Both the position numbers and the translations under genes were made by a program. A DNA stretch of 64,000 nucleotides from positions 2,534,699 to 2,598,698 of the forward strand of contig CM119269.1 of NCBI GenBank assembly GCA_051294375.1, read 5' to 3'. The stretch's first letter is position 1. Each line of letters begins with the position of its first letter. Origin of the DNA: Paraspadella gotoi (lineage: Eukaryota > Animalia > Chaetognatha). Of the stretch, positions 1 to 12,560 are shown piece by piece. The notes under the pieces were generated by a model. The model did not search any database, was not told the origin of the DNA, and was given only the letters and a program-made list of their open reading frames with translations.

Positions 1-3000
1 CAACATCGAAACTATATTGACGCTCATTGACTATGACGCGACCAATATGGCCGCTGAACGAATTCCAATTGTTTTGATAGTCACGGACATCTACAGAAAG
101 TTTGGAATGATCCGGAAATCCGCCTAAATAAAATCCCGATGAAATGTCCAGATGCGTCATGGAATGTTGAAGGACTTTGTTTTCATAAGTATCACCGACG
201 ATTCCCAACCAGCAAAGGGAGGAATTTCTTCCAGCGTAAATTTCATACCATTTGTCTCTGATCGCAGTAATTTTTATTTCCAGCGTATCAGTCTTAACGT
301 TTCCAGTATTAAACATGAAGACCAATTTATCATTTATAATCCCAATGAAAATAAAATCGCCGCTCCATTTATCCAATTGATGAGCCGCATAGAACAGAAC
401 GCCATTCTGATTTATTTGAAATGGTTTGATGATGAGTTTTATTTCCGTTTTGCTCCTGATGTTGACGGGCAGCAACAGCATGTGAGATTGCAGCTCCGCA
501 TCGAAGTATGGGTCGACAATGTCTACGTCCTTTGAGCATGAATTTCCACTCTTGCCAAAGGGACATTTGCAATTAAAATAAGTTTTATTATGTATCTCAC
601 AAATTCCTCCGTTTACAAGACACTCAAATCCTTGCGTGGAATTTTCACAGCTAAAGTCAGGAATCTCGACCGAGTCAAAAATTTCGCTTGGAAAGTTGCT
701 GTCTTGCTGGCAATCAAGCACGGATCTCGCATTTAATATCACATTGCTGTTTTCGGTTAAGTCTAACTGAAACCAATCGCTCCAAAATGATTTGTAACCT
801 TTACGGACCCATACCTCATGAATACATCCAGAGAAACCTTCTGTATTATTCATAAAAACTTGGCTGTGTGTCTCTGGCAAACCGCCAATGAAAAGGGAAG
901 TCCTTGGTGGTGTATTCATGTCCTTTAGGGAACCCGGTGATCTGCCAGAAGATTCAACAACCTTTGTACTCCTATTCAAGTCAGTAAAGTTGAGCCACCC
1001 GTCTTGACCATCTCGACCGAACGAGAGGAAAAATTCTGTAGTTTCCTGTTCCATAGTTAGTACTGATTGAACGCTTACAATTTCTGTTGGCCCGGAGCCT
1101 AAATCGTATGTAAAGACGATATATCCGTCTTGTCTCAAGTAAACACAGAAACCGTCCCATTTTTTAGCGGAAGGACTCGCTTGTCCATAGTAAAATATCG
1201 TTTGTGAGTTTTCAGATTTAGTCATGTTTTTGGAAAAAACCACATAGAATTCAAAACGCTTAGTAAGTCCGGTCAAGAAAATTTCTAAGTATGAATCATA
1301 TCCAAATGGCGACCCCACGAATCTGGGATTGCTGATTCTAATACTTTCTGTGCATCTGATACCGGATTGGCCGAACCCGCAAAGGCATAAGTGTGATTGT
1401 TCATTGAGTGAGAGGGTGCATGTTGAATCCCCATAGCAAGGATTCTTATCACAGATTTTCCGTTGGCAGAAAGTTCCCTCAAATCCGGGAAGACAGTCAC
1501 AACTCAGCTCGTTGTGGGCCACATTGATTGCAGAATCGGGAATAATCTCTTCGCAGCTTGCGTTATTTTTGCAAGGTTCGAAATCGCAAAGGCTCTGATT
1601 GCGTGTGTGGCAATTGTCGAAAGTGCCACGACTTTCTGAGGTATCTAATACAATGTCCCTCTCTTCTCCATTAACCATTAAATTCTGCATGCATCCTTTT
1701 GCACCGACAACGTTCATAGAGAGAAAGTCTATATGTAAACTGGAAAATTTATCGGATATTGATCCTAAGAAAAGAGTAATTAAAGTTTGATTAGACCATA
1801 ATGATGATAATCTTGGGCAGTAGTACGGAAAAGGAGTCTCATTAAGTCGAATATGTAGCATAAATAAAAAGTCTTTTTCAATCACAATTTGGACATTGTG
1901 AGGTGATCCAACCGTGAGAGCCGTCGTCACGTGCTTAGAATATATATCACTATCTGAACACGTGATGAAAAATGTAGTTTCCTTTTCATTAATTTCGAGT
2001 AATGAAAAAAAGTCGTTCTCATTATTTTTAAGATGCAACAAATACAAAACTCCAGAAAGTTTTTCTGGAATAAAATCAAAAGTAACAAGATGCGGAAACT
2101 GAGTTTGCAATGTACCTTTGTGAACTAAATACGCATTTCCATCGAAATGAGGAAAAAAAATGCTCGTCTCAACTTCACAGTTTTTTCCAAGAAAGCCAAC
2201 TTTACACTCACAGAAATAAGTTAAAGAAATCATATCCTCGCGAATTGCATTGATGCATTTCCCATTATTTTCGCAGACCCAATCGAATGAACATGGTAAT
2301 GCGTTTTCCGTGACACACTGAGAAAAGTATTTATTTTTATCTTGCTCAAAGATCAAGAGAGCGCAATACCCAGTTAAGCAAGAATCGTTCTGACATTCGC
2401 TCGTTCCGTCTGAAGTGTTGTAGAATGCTGTAGTTTTTGGTAGGGTAAGCGAAGTTGTTGAATAAAAAATTTGAGCGTCGAAATTTGAAAAATGTGTTGT
2501 TGAAATTGAAGAATCATCCGTAAAGTAGAATTCTGTAGAGAAAGTGCTTTGTGATGTAACAGAAAATTCTATGGACGTTTCAAAAATGGTTGTTGATAAA
2601 TTTTCTTCTTGTAACAATGTACTAGTTTCATTACAAAATGATCCCGAGTAATTTTGAAGGCATTGGCACAAAAAACCAGTGAAAGAGGTTGTGTCTAGCA
2701 TTGGATAGCATGTCCCTCTGTTCTGGCATGGATTGCTTCGACACGGATCTTGTAAAGCAACGATTGAAGAACTAGTTTGCAGAAGATTGAATGCTGAAAA
2801 GCTACTATAAAATTGTGAAGTTTGAATAAGATCATATGAAGGGATGCCAGTAGAAAGTTCAGAAGTTCGAAGAAGTTTGATGGAAGAGCTATCACTAGAA
2901 AACATTGATGTTTCGAATGAATGAGTTATAGTTGAAAGAGTATTAGTTTGTAAATAAGTCAATGAATTGGTGGAAGATACATTGGCGATGAATTCAAATC

Positions 3001-3777
3001 TACTAGAGCAGGCAGAGCTCCCATTAAGACATTTACAAGTAAAAGATCCCAGTTCATTGACGCAAATCGTGTTATTCTGACAAGCATTTAGATCCACGCA
3101 TTCATCTACGTCTGTGGTGCATAGTTGGCCAGTCCATCCACTTTGACAAATACACTTGTAGCTGCCCAAAGTGTTTAAACATCTGGCGCCATTCATGCAA
3201 AGTGGACGTAATGAGAGACATTCGTCAAGATCCTCATTACAGCTGCTTCCCGTCCAACCAGGTTCGTTGCACGCGCAAACATAGGACAAGTGTTTGTCTA
3301 TGCACGTCGCGTTACTCGAGCAGTTATTGTCGAGACAATCATCCGAGGACCGTTCGCACCTGTCCCCAGCAAATCCCGGCATGCACAAACATTCGTAACC
3401 ATCGTTCTTGTCCACGCAGATGCCACGATCCTCTCCGAAACAAGGATGAGTCTTTCCGAAAGAGGCGCAGTCGTTGACGTTCGTCTCGCACCTGCTGCCC
3501 GTAAAGCCCGTCGAGCAGATGCAGTCGAATCCCCTCGCGGATGCGTCGTTGGGACGACACTTTCCATCGTTGTAGCATTGGTCGATGTCGCATGGCTTGA
3601 AGCGACAATCTCCGCCGACGAAATTGTAGGGAAAAACGCAGAAGCATTCGTAGCCGGAGATTTTGTCGACGCATTTGCCTCCGTTGAGGCAAGGCTCGCT
3701 GAGGCAGTCGTCGTCGGGGTCTGCCTCGCAGTCCTCGCCAGTGAGTGGAGGAGGACAAACGCATTTCCGGGTCGATC
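1..3777 (-). CDS. EYS: EYS exon 4 (>1250 codons: cbEGF array, S/T-rich linker, EGF/laminin-G region)
   Basis: Acceptor (CT)n-CAG at 3780-3778. The frame is open to base 1 (GSTRKCVCPPPLTGEDC...GFYLGGFPDH...SFSGHIGRVIVNERQYSFDV). No stop falls inside the window, so the track omits it. Confidence 0.93.
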
Positions 3778-3813
<36 letters not shown>

Positions 3814-5646
3814 TGTAACGAATTTAACATGTTAACAGTTTAGTTTAACATTAATTACTTCAGTAATGTTAACAATATCTATTCTCACCATCCCCGTTTT
3901 CTACGCACGTCCCGCCGTTGAAACACGGACGGGCGTCACACGGCGACGGCGTTTCCGTCGTCGTCGGCGCCGGAAGGCAAATAGGCGCCGCGTTTCCGGT
4001 TTGAGAGCAGACGAATCCTTCGCCGCAAACACCGGGCGTCCGGCAATCCGGCAAACGCTCCTCGCAGGTCTTGCCGGTGAATCCTGTGCTGCAGACGCAC
4101 TTGAAGTCGGCGACTCGATCGAGGCAAATCCCGTTGTCGCCGCAGGGACGAGCAGCGCAGTCGTCGATGTTAATCTCGCACCTGGGTAGGTTGGTTTGTT
4201 GTTATTATGTTTAATACAATCAGTTTGCTATCTTATTAATCCTTCTTTTTGCTTTAGCTTTTTCGCTCTTTTTGTCTCTTTGGTTCGATGGCTTATTGTT
4301 TTAATTTACTGATTTTGATGATTTTTATTGTGCGTTTATTTTGGGAATTGGTTGGAATTGGTATTTTTCAAACCAATTCCCAATATAATTATATATATAA
4401 TATATATAATTATATAACTCTGTCACTCTCCCTTCCCCTAAGCTTCGATATATATATATACTTTCTTACCTTTCCCCGTCGAAACCGTCACTGCAATCGC
4501 AGGCGTAGCCCAACTCGTCGTCGGGATCCTTCAAGCACACCCCGGCGCCGTCGTTGCAGAGGTAATACTTGTCCAGACCTTCGCAGACGCGCGGGTCGAC
4601 GTCCTCGCAATTCTCTCCCGCGAATCCTGGATGGCAGAGACAGCGGAAGCCGCATTGCAGCTCATCGACGGGATGAAGGACGCATCGGCCTCGGGTTGAG
4701 CAGAAGGCGGCGGCGGAATCGGCGGCAGCGGCGGCGCCTTCACAGTTTTTAAAGTGAACGTCGACGCGGAGCCGTAAAGAGGTCGTGCAGTTACCGGCAT
4801 CGTCGCTGAAAAAGAGAGTCGTCGATCCGTCACCAGTCTCCACGCCCAAAGACTCCGTCAACAGCGTCGTGGATAGAGTAACAGCTCCGTTCGCGGGCGA
4901 AAGAACGAGCAGATCCAGCGGCGGCGTCGACGCGGCTTCGCAGCGGCCAGCGTCGTGGAAAGCGATCCCGGTGAGGTGGACGGATGAGGAAGAGGAGGAG
5001 GCGTTGGAGGGAAAGAGGATGGTAAGGTTTTGATTGAGGCGGACGCTGCAGGAGGAAGAAGAGGAGGAGGAGTAAGGAACGCAGTCGACCGTCGAGTCCT
5101 TCTCGTCAAATCCCCATCCGATGACGACTTCGCTGGAGTTGGAAGCGATCGTCCACTCGATCAATGGCGTCGTCGGATGAGGCATTTGTAACTCGCGACG
5201 GAAGCCGCAGTCGGAGGTGAGGGACGAAGAGAGGGGAAGTAATAAGGCTGCGGGGGGAGGAAGGGATTGAGGTGAGGTGAGGGAAGATGGTTCGTGAAAT
5301 AGAAGGCAGATATGGGGGATGATGGTAGGTTTTTGGTAAGTTAAGTGGGACAAGGAAATTGAATTATTAAATACTGATTTATCTTCTCTATCAAACGAAA
5401 AACTTAAACGCCCCCCTACATTCTATCGACAAATGCGCGAACTAAAACGACGGAACTTTTCCCCGAAATCTCTTACATCACGTTTTACTCTGTAAATTTG
5501 TGAAACTGTAAACCTGAAAGGCAAACAAAGATGGCGACGACGGTTGGTCCCGCCCAGCGCCGCTTCGACGCCGCTCCCTTCCGGCTCTTTTCTTTTCTCC
5601 AACGACGAAACCCGAACTCTTTTCTGACGATAAAAAATCTTAGCAT
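1..5646 (-). CDS. EYS: Eyes shut homolog (EYS/spacemaker), multi-exon, 3' end outside window; exons ~5646-5514, 5247-4470, 4181-3889, 3777-<1
   Basis: Manual spliced translation gives a signal-like hydrophobic stretch, an EYS-type N-terminal domain, ~11 EGF/cbEGF repeats, two Ser/Thr-rich tracts around one EGF, then EGF-LamG-EGF-EGF-LamG-EGF-LamG. Motifs recalled from vertebrate EYS align well: IFFPHFDGNAYL, PRFVGSPFGYDSYL, YIVFTYDLGSG, GFSGCIHEVWVR, DPYF...NIRSKTEIKL...GVLFYAAHQLDKWSGDFI. The GT-AG introns keep the frame. Confidence 0.9.
3889..4181 (-). CDS. EYS: EYS exon 3 (EGF repeats)
   Basis: CAG acceptor at 4184-4182 and donor G|GTGAGA at 3888. Encodes CEINIDDCAARPCGDNGICLDRVADFKCVCSTGFTGKTC...PCDARPCFNGGTCVENGD. 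Confidence 0.92.
4470..5247 (-). CDS. EYS: EYS exon 2 (N-terminal EYS domain plus first two EGF repeats)
   Basis: Lies within ORF 4466..5353. Donor AG|GTAAGA at 4469 and pyrimidine-rich CAG acceptor at 5250-5248. CTTSLRLRVDV..C..FCSTRGRC..CLCHPGFAGENC resembles the EYS N-terminus. Confidence 0.85.
5514..5646 (-). CDS. EYS: Putative EYS exon 1 (start of signal peptide); alternative in-frame ATG at 5721
   Basis: Splicing the phase-1 donor G|GTTTAC (5513) to 5247 gives a continuous hydrophobic stretch, GPTVVAIFVCLSALLLPLSSSLTS. The donor is weak, so this exon is inferred. Confidence 0.55.
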
Positions 5647-6087
5647 CGCGATTTGTTTTGTTTTTTGTTTCTTTTTTTTTTTACGTTTCAAAGTTCGTTT
5701 TTTATCATTCTGTCGAAACATAAATAGAATCGATATTCAGTATGTTTTTTTAATATAAAAAAATTGGAAGGTGAAAAGTTAGAAAATCTAATTAATTTAA
5801 TAAAATTATCTATCGAATCTCTTTAATTTCAAATGGATGATTGAAGCTTTGCGATTGCGACATCATACAGGAATCGCTCATGAATTAAAATTTAATCTTC
5901 AAATATTTTTTTTTTGATATACACAAATACATTACAAATTCAAAATTAAATTTAGTTCCTGAAAAAATTTGAAAACCCCAAACTTAAAAATATCATGCGC
6001 GAAAAAATTCGATGTAGAGAGACGACATTAGCGACGGCACGCAAACCCTTTGGCGTGCGAAACAGAATCGCCGCCTCAAGATGAGAT

Positions 6088-6216
6088 CCTATTGGTTGGG
6101 AAAGGAATACAAATGAAGAATTGTGATTGGCCGAAGCAAGGTAAGGACGGACAGTTCGCGAACGTGCGATATGATTGGTCGAATGGGTAGCTGGGATTAA
6201 GCGCGACGATTGGCCG
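6088..6216 (-). promoter_or_regulatory. Probable EYS promoter: four CCAAT boxes plus a TAATCC (Otx/Crx-type) site
   Basis: ATTGG at 6091, 6126, 6174 and 6209, all reading CCAAT on the EYS strand. GGGATTAA at 6193-6200. About 450-550 bp upstream of the predicted ATG. Confidence 0.55.
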
Positions 6217-6449
6217 TCAGTGATAAGTTAATGGTGAGTTTGTACCAATTTTAAAAAAAGAAATCTTGAAGTCTTTGACATTTTACACTGCGAAAAATTA
6301 AACGCTTAATTCAATATTAAGCTGGAATGAAGGAAGATAAGGAAAATAAATATAAATCAATTTTGAATGCGTTTTTTTCTGAGAAATAATATCCAATAGA
6401 AGGAAATACAGAGCAGAGAAGAAAAATCGATGGAAAAATCGACCCGAAT

Positions 6450-6472
6450 TCTCTCTCTGCTCTCTCTCTCTC

Positions 6473-6552
<80 letters not shown>

Positions 6553-6864
6553 ACAGACACAAAATGCAAAAGAGAAATCTCGATATTAAATTTCTGTCTC
6601 CAAGCGAGCGAAGGCCAGATAACGTCCGTCCAATATCCATATACACATGAGCGCAATGTCTCGTAAAATAACAAAAATACTGAAGTTTTTAAAAAATGGA
6701 AAAAGAATAAAGAGAATAGGAGCAAGCGGCACGGGGGGGGGAGGAAATGTAAATTTCAGATTTTTAATACCTCTTGGATTTAAATAAAAATAAATCTGAG
6801 AATTTCTGCACGTGCAAGAGGATTAATTTTCTGTTCCTAAAAAAAAATGTTCAATACGACAAAA

Positions 6865-6923
<59 letters not shown>

Positions 6924-7000
6924 AGAGAGAGAGAGAGAGAGAGAGAGAAATAGAGAGAGAGAGAGAGCAAAGAAGGAGCAGAGAGAGAGAGAGAGAGACA
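6450..7000. repeat. (TC)n tract ~6450-6550 and (GA)n tract ~6870-7000
   Basis: Direct reading. Representative of >30 GA/TC tracts in the window (e.g. 9058, 9262, 9988, 13310, 13718, 16085, 16655, 25689, 32305, 36326, 37005, 41816, 42914, 61725, 63281). Confidence 0.95.
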
Positions 7001-8374
7001 GAGCGCAAAGAAGAGGAAGAAGGCATAAACAAACAAGAGGCTTCCTCTTTGACCCAGATGCCGAGATCAATTTTCGAGGCCTCCAATCGGGTTTCAAAGT
7101 CGAAGACAACGACGACGACGCTGAAGACGATAGCGATTTGGATTTCGATTCGGAGTTCGCGGGTTCGAGGCTGAACGGAGTCGAGAGGCGACCGACTCGA
7201 TTCCATTTGTAACAGTTAGAAAATTGTGATCAGAAACTAAATTTTCTCTCACAAAAATAAGGTTTTTAAATCTTCCGCAGATTTTTTAACTTCCGACCGG
7301 GCAACAACATTTTTATGTCGGACGCCACCGCCTCCTCCGCCCCGGCCGCCGCCGGACGACTACTGACGCCGCCTTCAACGCCTCCGCCTCTTTTTCCGGC
7401 GCCGACACGAAATTTGCATTTCCTCCGGCGGCGGCGTCGGCTGCGGCGGCGGCTGCCTCGGCGTAAAGCTGCCATCGGAATGGGACGAGTGAGATGGAAG
7501 ACGACGGACGAACGATGGAAGAAACGAGACGTCGACGGACGAGAGATTTTACGAGTTCGATTCCATCACTGGTTCCATCCATTCACGTCGTTCCTCTCAC
7601 AATCGCCGTCGGTTTCGTGAGTTTGGATGTCCGATGAGAAGATGGCCTCAAGAAACCAATCGAGGCAGCCATTCCCGTTCATTAACATTTTTTTTTCTCT
7701 CCCAAAACTGTTCACATCGACGAAAATTCCTCTCACGTTCGATCCTCCACATCCTCAACTCACCCAAAATCACAAACGGAACCAGGAACCAGGATACTTA
7801 CCATAAAGTCGGCAACGCCATTTAGTGCTGGGTCACGATCGACATGAATTTCAAAATGTCTGATTCCATTCGGTTTTCAACGAACAGATTGAGATTTGTA
7901 ATCCATCGCCATAATCTGCTGGGCGTTTTCCTCTCCCATTGTTTTTCTATTTCCTCCCTCTCTTCTCCTTTCCCTCCCTATTTTCTTCCTCCACCCTCTT
8001 TACCTACCCCCCTTCCCCCTCTCCTCCCCCTCCCATTCTCTTCCCCCTCCTTCGAACCCCCCCGTCGATTCCTCGCCAGATCTCACGCTCTTTTGCTCCG
8101 CCCAACTTCGCTTTCCTCTTTCTCTGCAAAACGCGCACGAGTCTCTGCATTTCGCTTTGCATTTGGGTCTCAATCCGCTTCAGTAACTCTATCCTCGACC
8201 GAGGGATTTTTGCTGATTGTCTGCTGGATTGAATACCGAATACTTGGTTGATTTATTTTCATCGTTAAAATGATTAATTCGCTGAGTCGCTCTTTTTTTT
8301 TCATTTAGTTATTTTTAAATTCCTTCAATCATTCATTTAATTTGAATCCTTCATTCTTTTATTCATACTTTCGT

Positions 8375-8447
8375 TTATTCATTCATTCATTCAGTCCGTC
8401 ATATATTCATTCATTCATTCATTCATTCATTCATTCATTCATTCATT
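8375..8447. repeat. (ATTC)n microsatellite
   Basis: Direct reading. Confidence 0.9.
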
Positions 8448-8684
8448 GCTTTCACTCACATTCGCCGAGTAAGACGTGAAGGACTTCATCGTTTTATCCT
8501 TGAGGATAAAAAAAAAAATATCCAGCCATATTTTTTTTAGATCGCTCTACTAAACATTTTTTTCTTCTCGAAAATATTTTTTTATTCTTCCTTCACGGTT
8601 TTAGTCTCCGTTCTTATTTTTTTCATTTTTTATCTCCTTCATTTTTCCACTCAGACTTTTTTATCTCAGCTTTTTTTCTCCTTT

Positions 8685-9005
8685 TTTTTAATATCATAAG
8701 TGACCAATGTTATGTCTTATATATCTCCTTTTCTGCTTTTTTCCTTTTTTTTTAATATAATAAGTGACCAATCTTATGTCTTATATGTCTCCTTTTCTGC
8801 TTTTTTCCTTTTTTTTTAATATAATAAGTGACCAATCTTATGTCTTATATGTCTCCTTTTCTGCTTTTTTCATTTTTTTTTAATATAATAAATGACCAAT
8901 CTTATGTCTTATATGTCTCCTTTTCAGCTTTTTTCCTTTTTTTTTAATATAATAAGTGGCCAATCTTATGTCTTATATGTCTCCCTTTCCATTTTTTCCT
9001 TTTTT
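8685..9005. repeat. Minisatellite, ~64-bp unit x5
   Basis: TAAGTGACCAATCTTATGTCTTATATGTCTCC recurs at ~8697, 8761, 8825, 8889 and 8953. Confidence 0.9.
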
Positions 9006-9055
9006 TTCCTCCCTCAAACTCGTCACTTTTCTTCCTTAATCACCCTCTCCAATTC

Positions 9056-9110
<55 letters not shown>

Positions 9111-9986
9111 GCCGTCAAGAATGACGTACTGTATCTGTCATCGCTTTTATTTTCCTTTTATCTCTTCTTTATATTCTTCTTTACAGGAGGCTCAATTCTT
9201 CTCGCGCGGATACGAATTCGTTTTTTTCCCCGGGAAATAAGAATATTCTTAAGCCATTTTGAAGAGAGAGAGAGAGAGAGAGAAGAGAAATAGGAGGAGG
9301 AGAGGAGAGAGAGAGAGAGAGAGAGAGATACAAAGAAGAATTTTATAGCTAAAAAAATGTTCATTTTTTTTCCACCAAAAAATGCAAAACAATCTCTTTT
9401 TAAAATTTTGTCGTCTTTCCATTTTTTCTTTCTCTTTATTCTTTTTTTTCTTTTTATTAACGGCGACGATATTTTCGTTTGGGTGGGACGGGAAGAGTCA
9501 TTGCCGCCTTCTAGACCCCCCGCTCGCCTTATTCATGAGTGATTGCGGGTAGTCAAATATAAAAACAGGAATTCATCATCAACTGAGCCGATTTCACTTT
9601 TACGACGTCTGCTTCGGCCAAAGATTAGGGTTGCTTCTCTCTCCCTTTGGTAAGCAGAGGGGGAGTGTGGTGGAGAATGATGACGCCACTTTACGGTTCA
9701 CCACCTGCTCAACGGTTTTCAGTTTTCTCTGCATGGCAAGCTTTGCAAGCTAAGTTTACAATCACTTCTACGTATCGAACGTTTAAAAAAAAACCCGATT
9801 TATTAAATTTTAAAGTTCAATATCCGCCTAAAAAACACAAGGACAAGATGTTAGGTATAACAAGCCGCCGGTATGTAAATAGAAACACACTTTGCACACT
9901 GGCGCACTTAAGTCACGACTAAAATTCTTCACATTGCACACCCTATTCCCTCCCTATAAGCGCATCTGAATGTAGTTCAAACGCCA

Positions 9987-10039
<53 letters not shown>

Positions 10040-10264
10040 CTCCTCGAAGAAGAAGAAAAAACCCGATATCGATAATTCATCATTGGGAAAATGGGCGCGG
10101 CTTGTGGCAGATGGCAAATGGCAACGCAGGATGGCAGATGGTAAAACCAGGTTGGTTTCGATGAACGCATCGGCGAAGGTTCGATGGAGGCTGAGATGAG
10201 CGGAGGGAGAAATGATGGACGGCCGAGTGGAAGTTGCGCTTGGAGGAGGTCGCATTCGAACTAG

Positions 10265-10510
10265 CATGACGATGATGATGGTGATGATAATGATTGTGAT
10301 GGTGATGACGACGACGTCGATGATGATGATGATGATGATGATGACGACGATGACGACGACGCACAGTCCAACAGATTTCTATCCGACGACGGAAAAATTC
10401 ATACCATCTCCGTTACTCTTCCTTTAGAGTATGCTCGATAGGACGACGATGATGATGATAATAATAATGATGATGATGATGACGATGATGATGATGATGA
10501 TGATTGACGA
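10265..10510. repeat. (GAT/GAC)n trinucleotide repeats
   Basis: Direct reading; they produce spurious poly-H/M/D ORFs. Confidence 0.9.
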
Positions 10511-10763
10511 CACCTTTTAGTGCTCGCTTTCTTACCAGGATTTTGAACCCGACAAGTTAGAGCGGTGTCTACTCTCTGCTTTTACTTTTTAACAATAAAT
10601 TCGCGCGCAAAGATTGATAATGAAACATTTCGCCAAATTATGTAATGTAAATTTTGTACTGATTAATTAAGAATCAACTAAACTAAACATTTTGATCTTG
10701 AAGTGGCATCCGAGGAGCAATTTCGTTTTCCGCATGTGGCCAATCGAGGTTTAGCGGGCGCTA

Positions 10764-10803
<40 letters not shown>

Positions 10804-11684
10804 GCGGTGAACATGGTCTAGTTTATTGGATCCTCGTTGGTCCAGATCCAATCAGTGACTTGAGCTTTGACAAGTTCTCAGTGAAGAGGAAGGATAAAGA
10901 TGAGGAGATGAGATGAAGGTGAATCTCCGCTTGAGTGAAGATGGCGTGACTCGTCGTCTCTTGGAGGAAAAGAAGGAATTCACTGTGAATTTGTTTAGTT
11001 CATATATAATCACAAATTATTTTACCTTTCTACTTTTTATTTGTCTTCATTTCGATGAGTTATCTTTTTAATATACTCTTGGCTGTTTAAAAATTTGAGA
11101 CAATCGGAAATCTAAATCTAAATAGAGAATCTAAATATTTTAGACGGTTACAAAATATTAGTCTTTAAATCCGAACATATTACTTTTATTTTCTCAAAAA
11201 AAGATAAAGACGATAATTACCATAAATCTGTCTGATAATCCTAGCTTCCAAAGAAACAATAGATTATTGCATTAATTTCCATCATAGTTTTTCGTCTAAC
11301 TTTTTTTTTAAAAAAGTTGACGCAATCCCACTGTACTGACTTAACATTCCCGAGCGAGGATACATGATTTCCAAGTGTCGCGCCTTTCATTCCGGGTCAA
11401 CATCGGCGAAGTCGACGACCGACTCGAGCGAATGACAAATGGAACTTCGAGGCGAAGGGAGACTTTGTGAGCCGCTTTATGCTCCTTCCTTCCCTACTTC
11501 TCTTTTTCTTTCTTCCTCTCTGTTTCCATCCCTACTTCTCTTCCTTCTGCCTTCCTCTTTTCCTCCCTGTCTCCTATAAACTTCTCTTTTATCTTTACCT
11601 CTCTCTTTCCTTTCCTCCTTCCTTCTCTTTTTCTTCCTCCCTCACTCATTTAATCCATACTTCCTTATAACTCCTTAGTCCTTA

Positions 11685-11755
11685 ACCGACCGACACCGAT
11701 ATACCATACCATACCGACATACCATCCCATACCGACATACCATACCGACACCACC
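11685..11755. repeat. Degenerate CATAC/CCGA pentamer-like repeat
   Basis: ATACCATACCATACCGACATACCATCCCATACCGACATACC. Confidence 0.75.
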
Positions 11756-12164
11756 AGAGTTCGACGCCGCATCTTCATTCCTCGGCCGACTTGATACAGA
11801 ATTTGAAAAATATTGAAATTTTTGAAATTTTTAGGTGTGTATGTTTAGTATAACTATGAAAAGAGACAAAAGACACTGTGGTTGAAACCATCAAACAAAA
11901 CGGACGATGATCGNNNNNNNNNNCATCGCTTTCTCCAAGTTCCTTTTTTGTGTCATTTTTTTTGTCTTTTTTCATCGTCGCGAAGAATCGATGGTCTCCA
12001 TGGAAACCGTGAGAGTCGATCAATGTTTATCGCTTGCTCGATTTAGCGATTTTGCAAGAATCGAAGTGTCGGATGTAAACAAACGAAAACTCACTTCGCC
12101 GAGGGTAAGGTCGAAGTCTGAATGGAAATTTCCTCGAACGGGACGGGGAAGAGAAGTATATATT

Positions 12165-12212
12165 TTTTCTTTTCTTTTTTTCTTTCTTTTCTTTCCTTTT
12201 CTTTTCTTTTTT

Positions 12213-12292
<80 letters not shown>

Positions 12293-12560
12293 TTTTTTCT
12301 CAATCCTTTTTATTATTTTATATTTTTATATTTTTTTTCATTCTCTGTTTTCTTTTTATCTTTTCTTTTCCCTTTTTTTTCTCTCTTGTTTTTTTCTTTA
12401 TTCTTTGTTTCTTCACTTTACATGTTCCCTAACAATTTTTATTCCGCGTTCTTTTGTCTATTCCTCGCGCTCTCTATTTACTCTCTTTTCTATGTTTCTT
12501 TTTTTTTCTTCCTCCCTTTTCTTTCCTTTTTTTTCTCTTTCCTTCTTTCATTTCCTCCTC
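12165..12560. repeat. (TTTC)n and polypyrimidine low-complexity region
   Basis: Direct reading; similar tracts at 39090-39170 and 43240-43320. Confidence 0.9.

Noticed and set aside
3202-5033. Plus-strand and alternative-frame ORFs overlapping EYS exons
   Set aside because: Shadow frames of GC-rich EGF-coding sequence.
1-5646. Crumbs, Notch or agrin as alternative identity
   Set aside because: The N-terminal domain and LamG motifs (FGYDSYL, YAAHQL..SGDF) match EYS specifically; no LNR, Kazal or SEA domains seen.
7794-7812. ATACTTACC resembling the U1 snRNA 5' end
   Set aside because: Diverges immediately afterwards; better read as a minus-strand splice donor.
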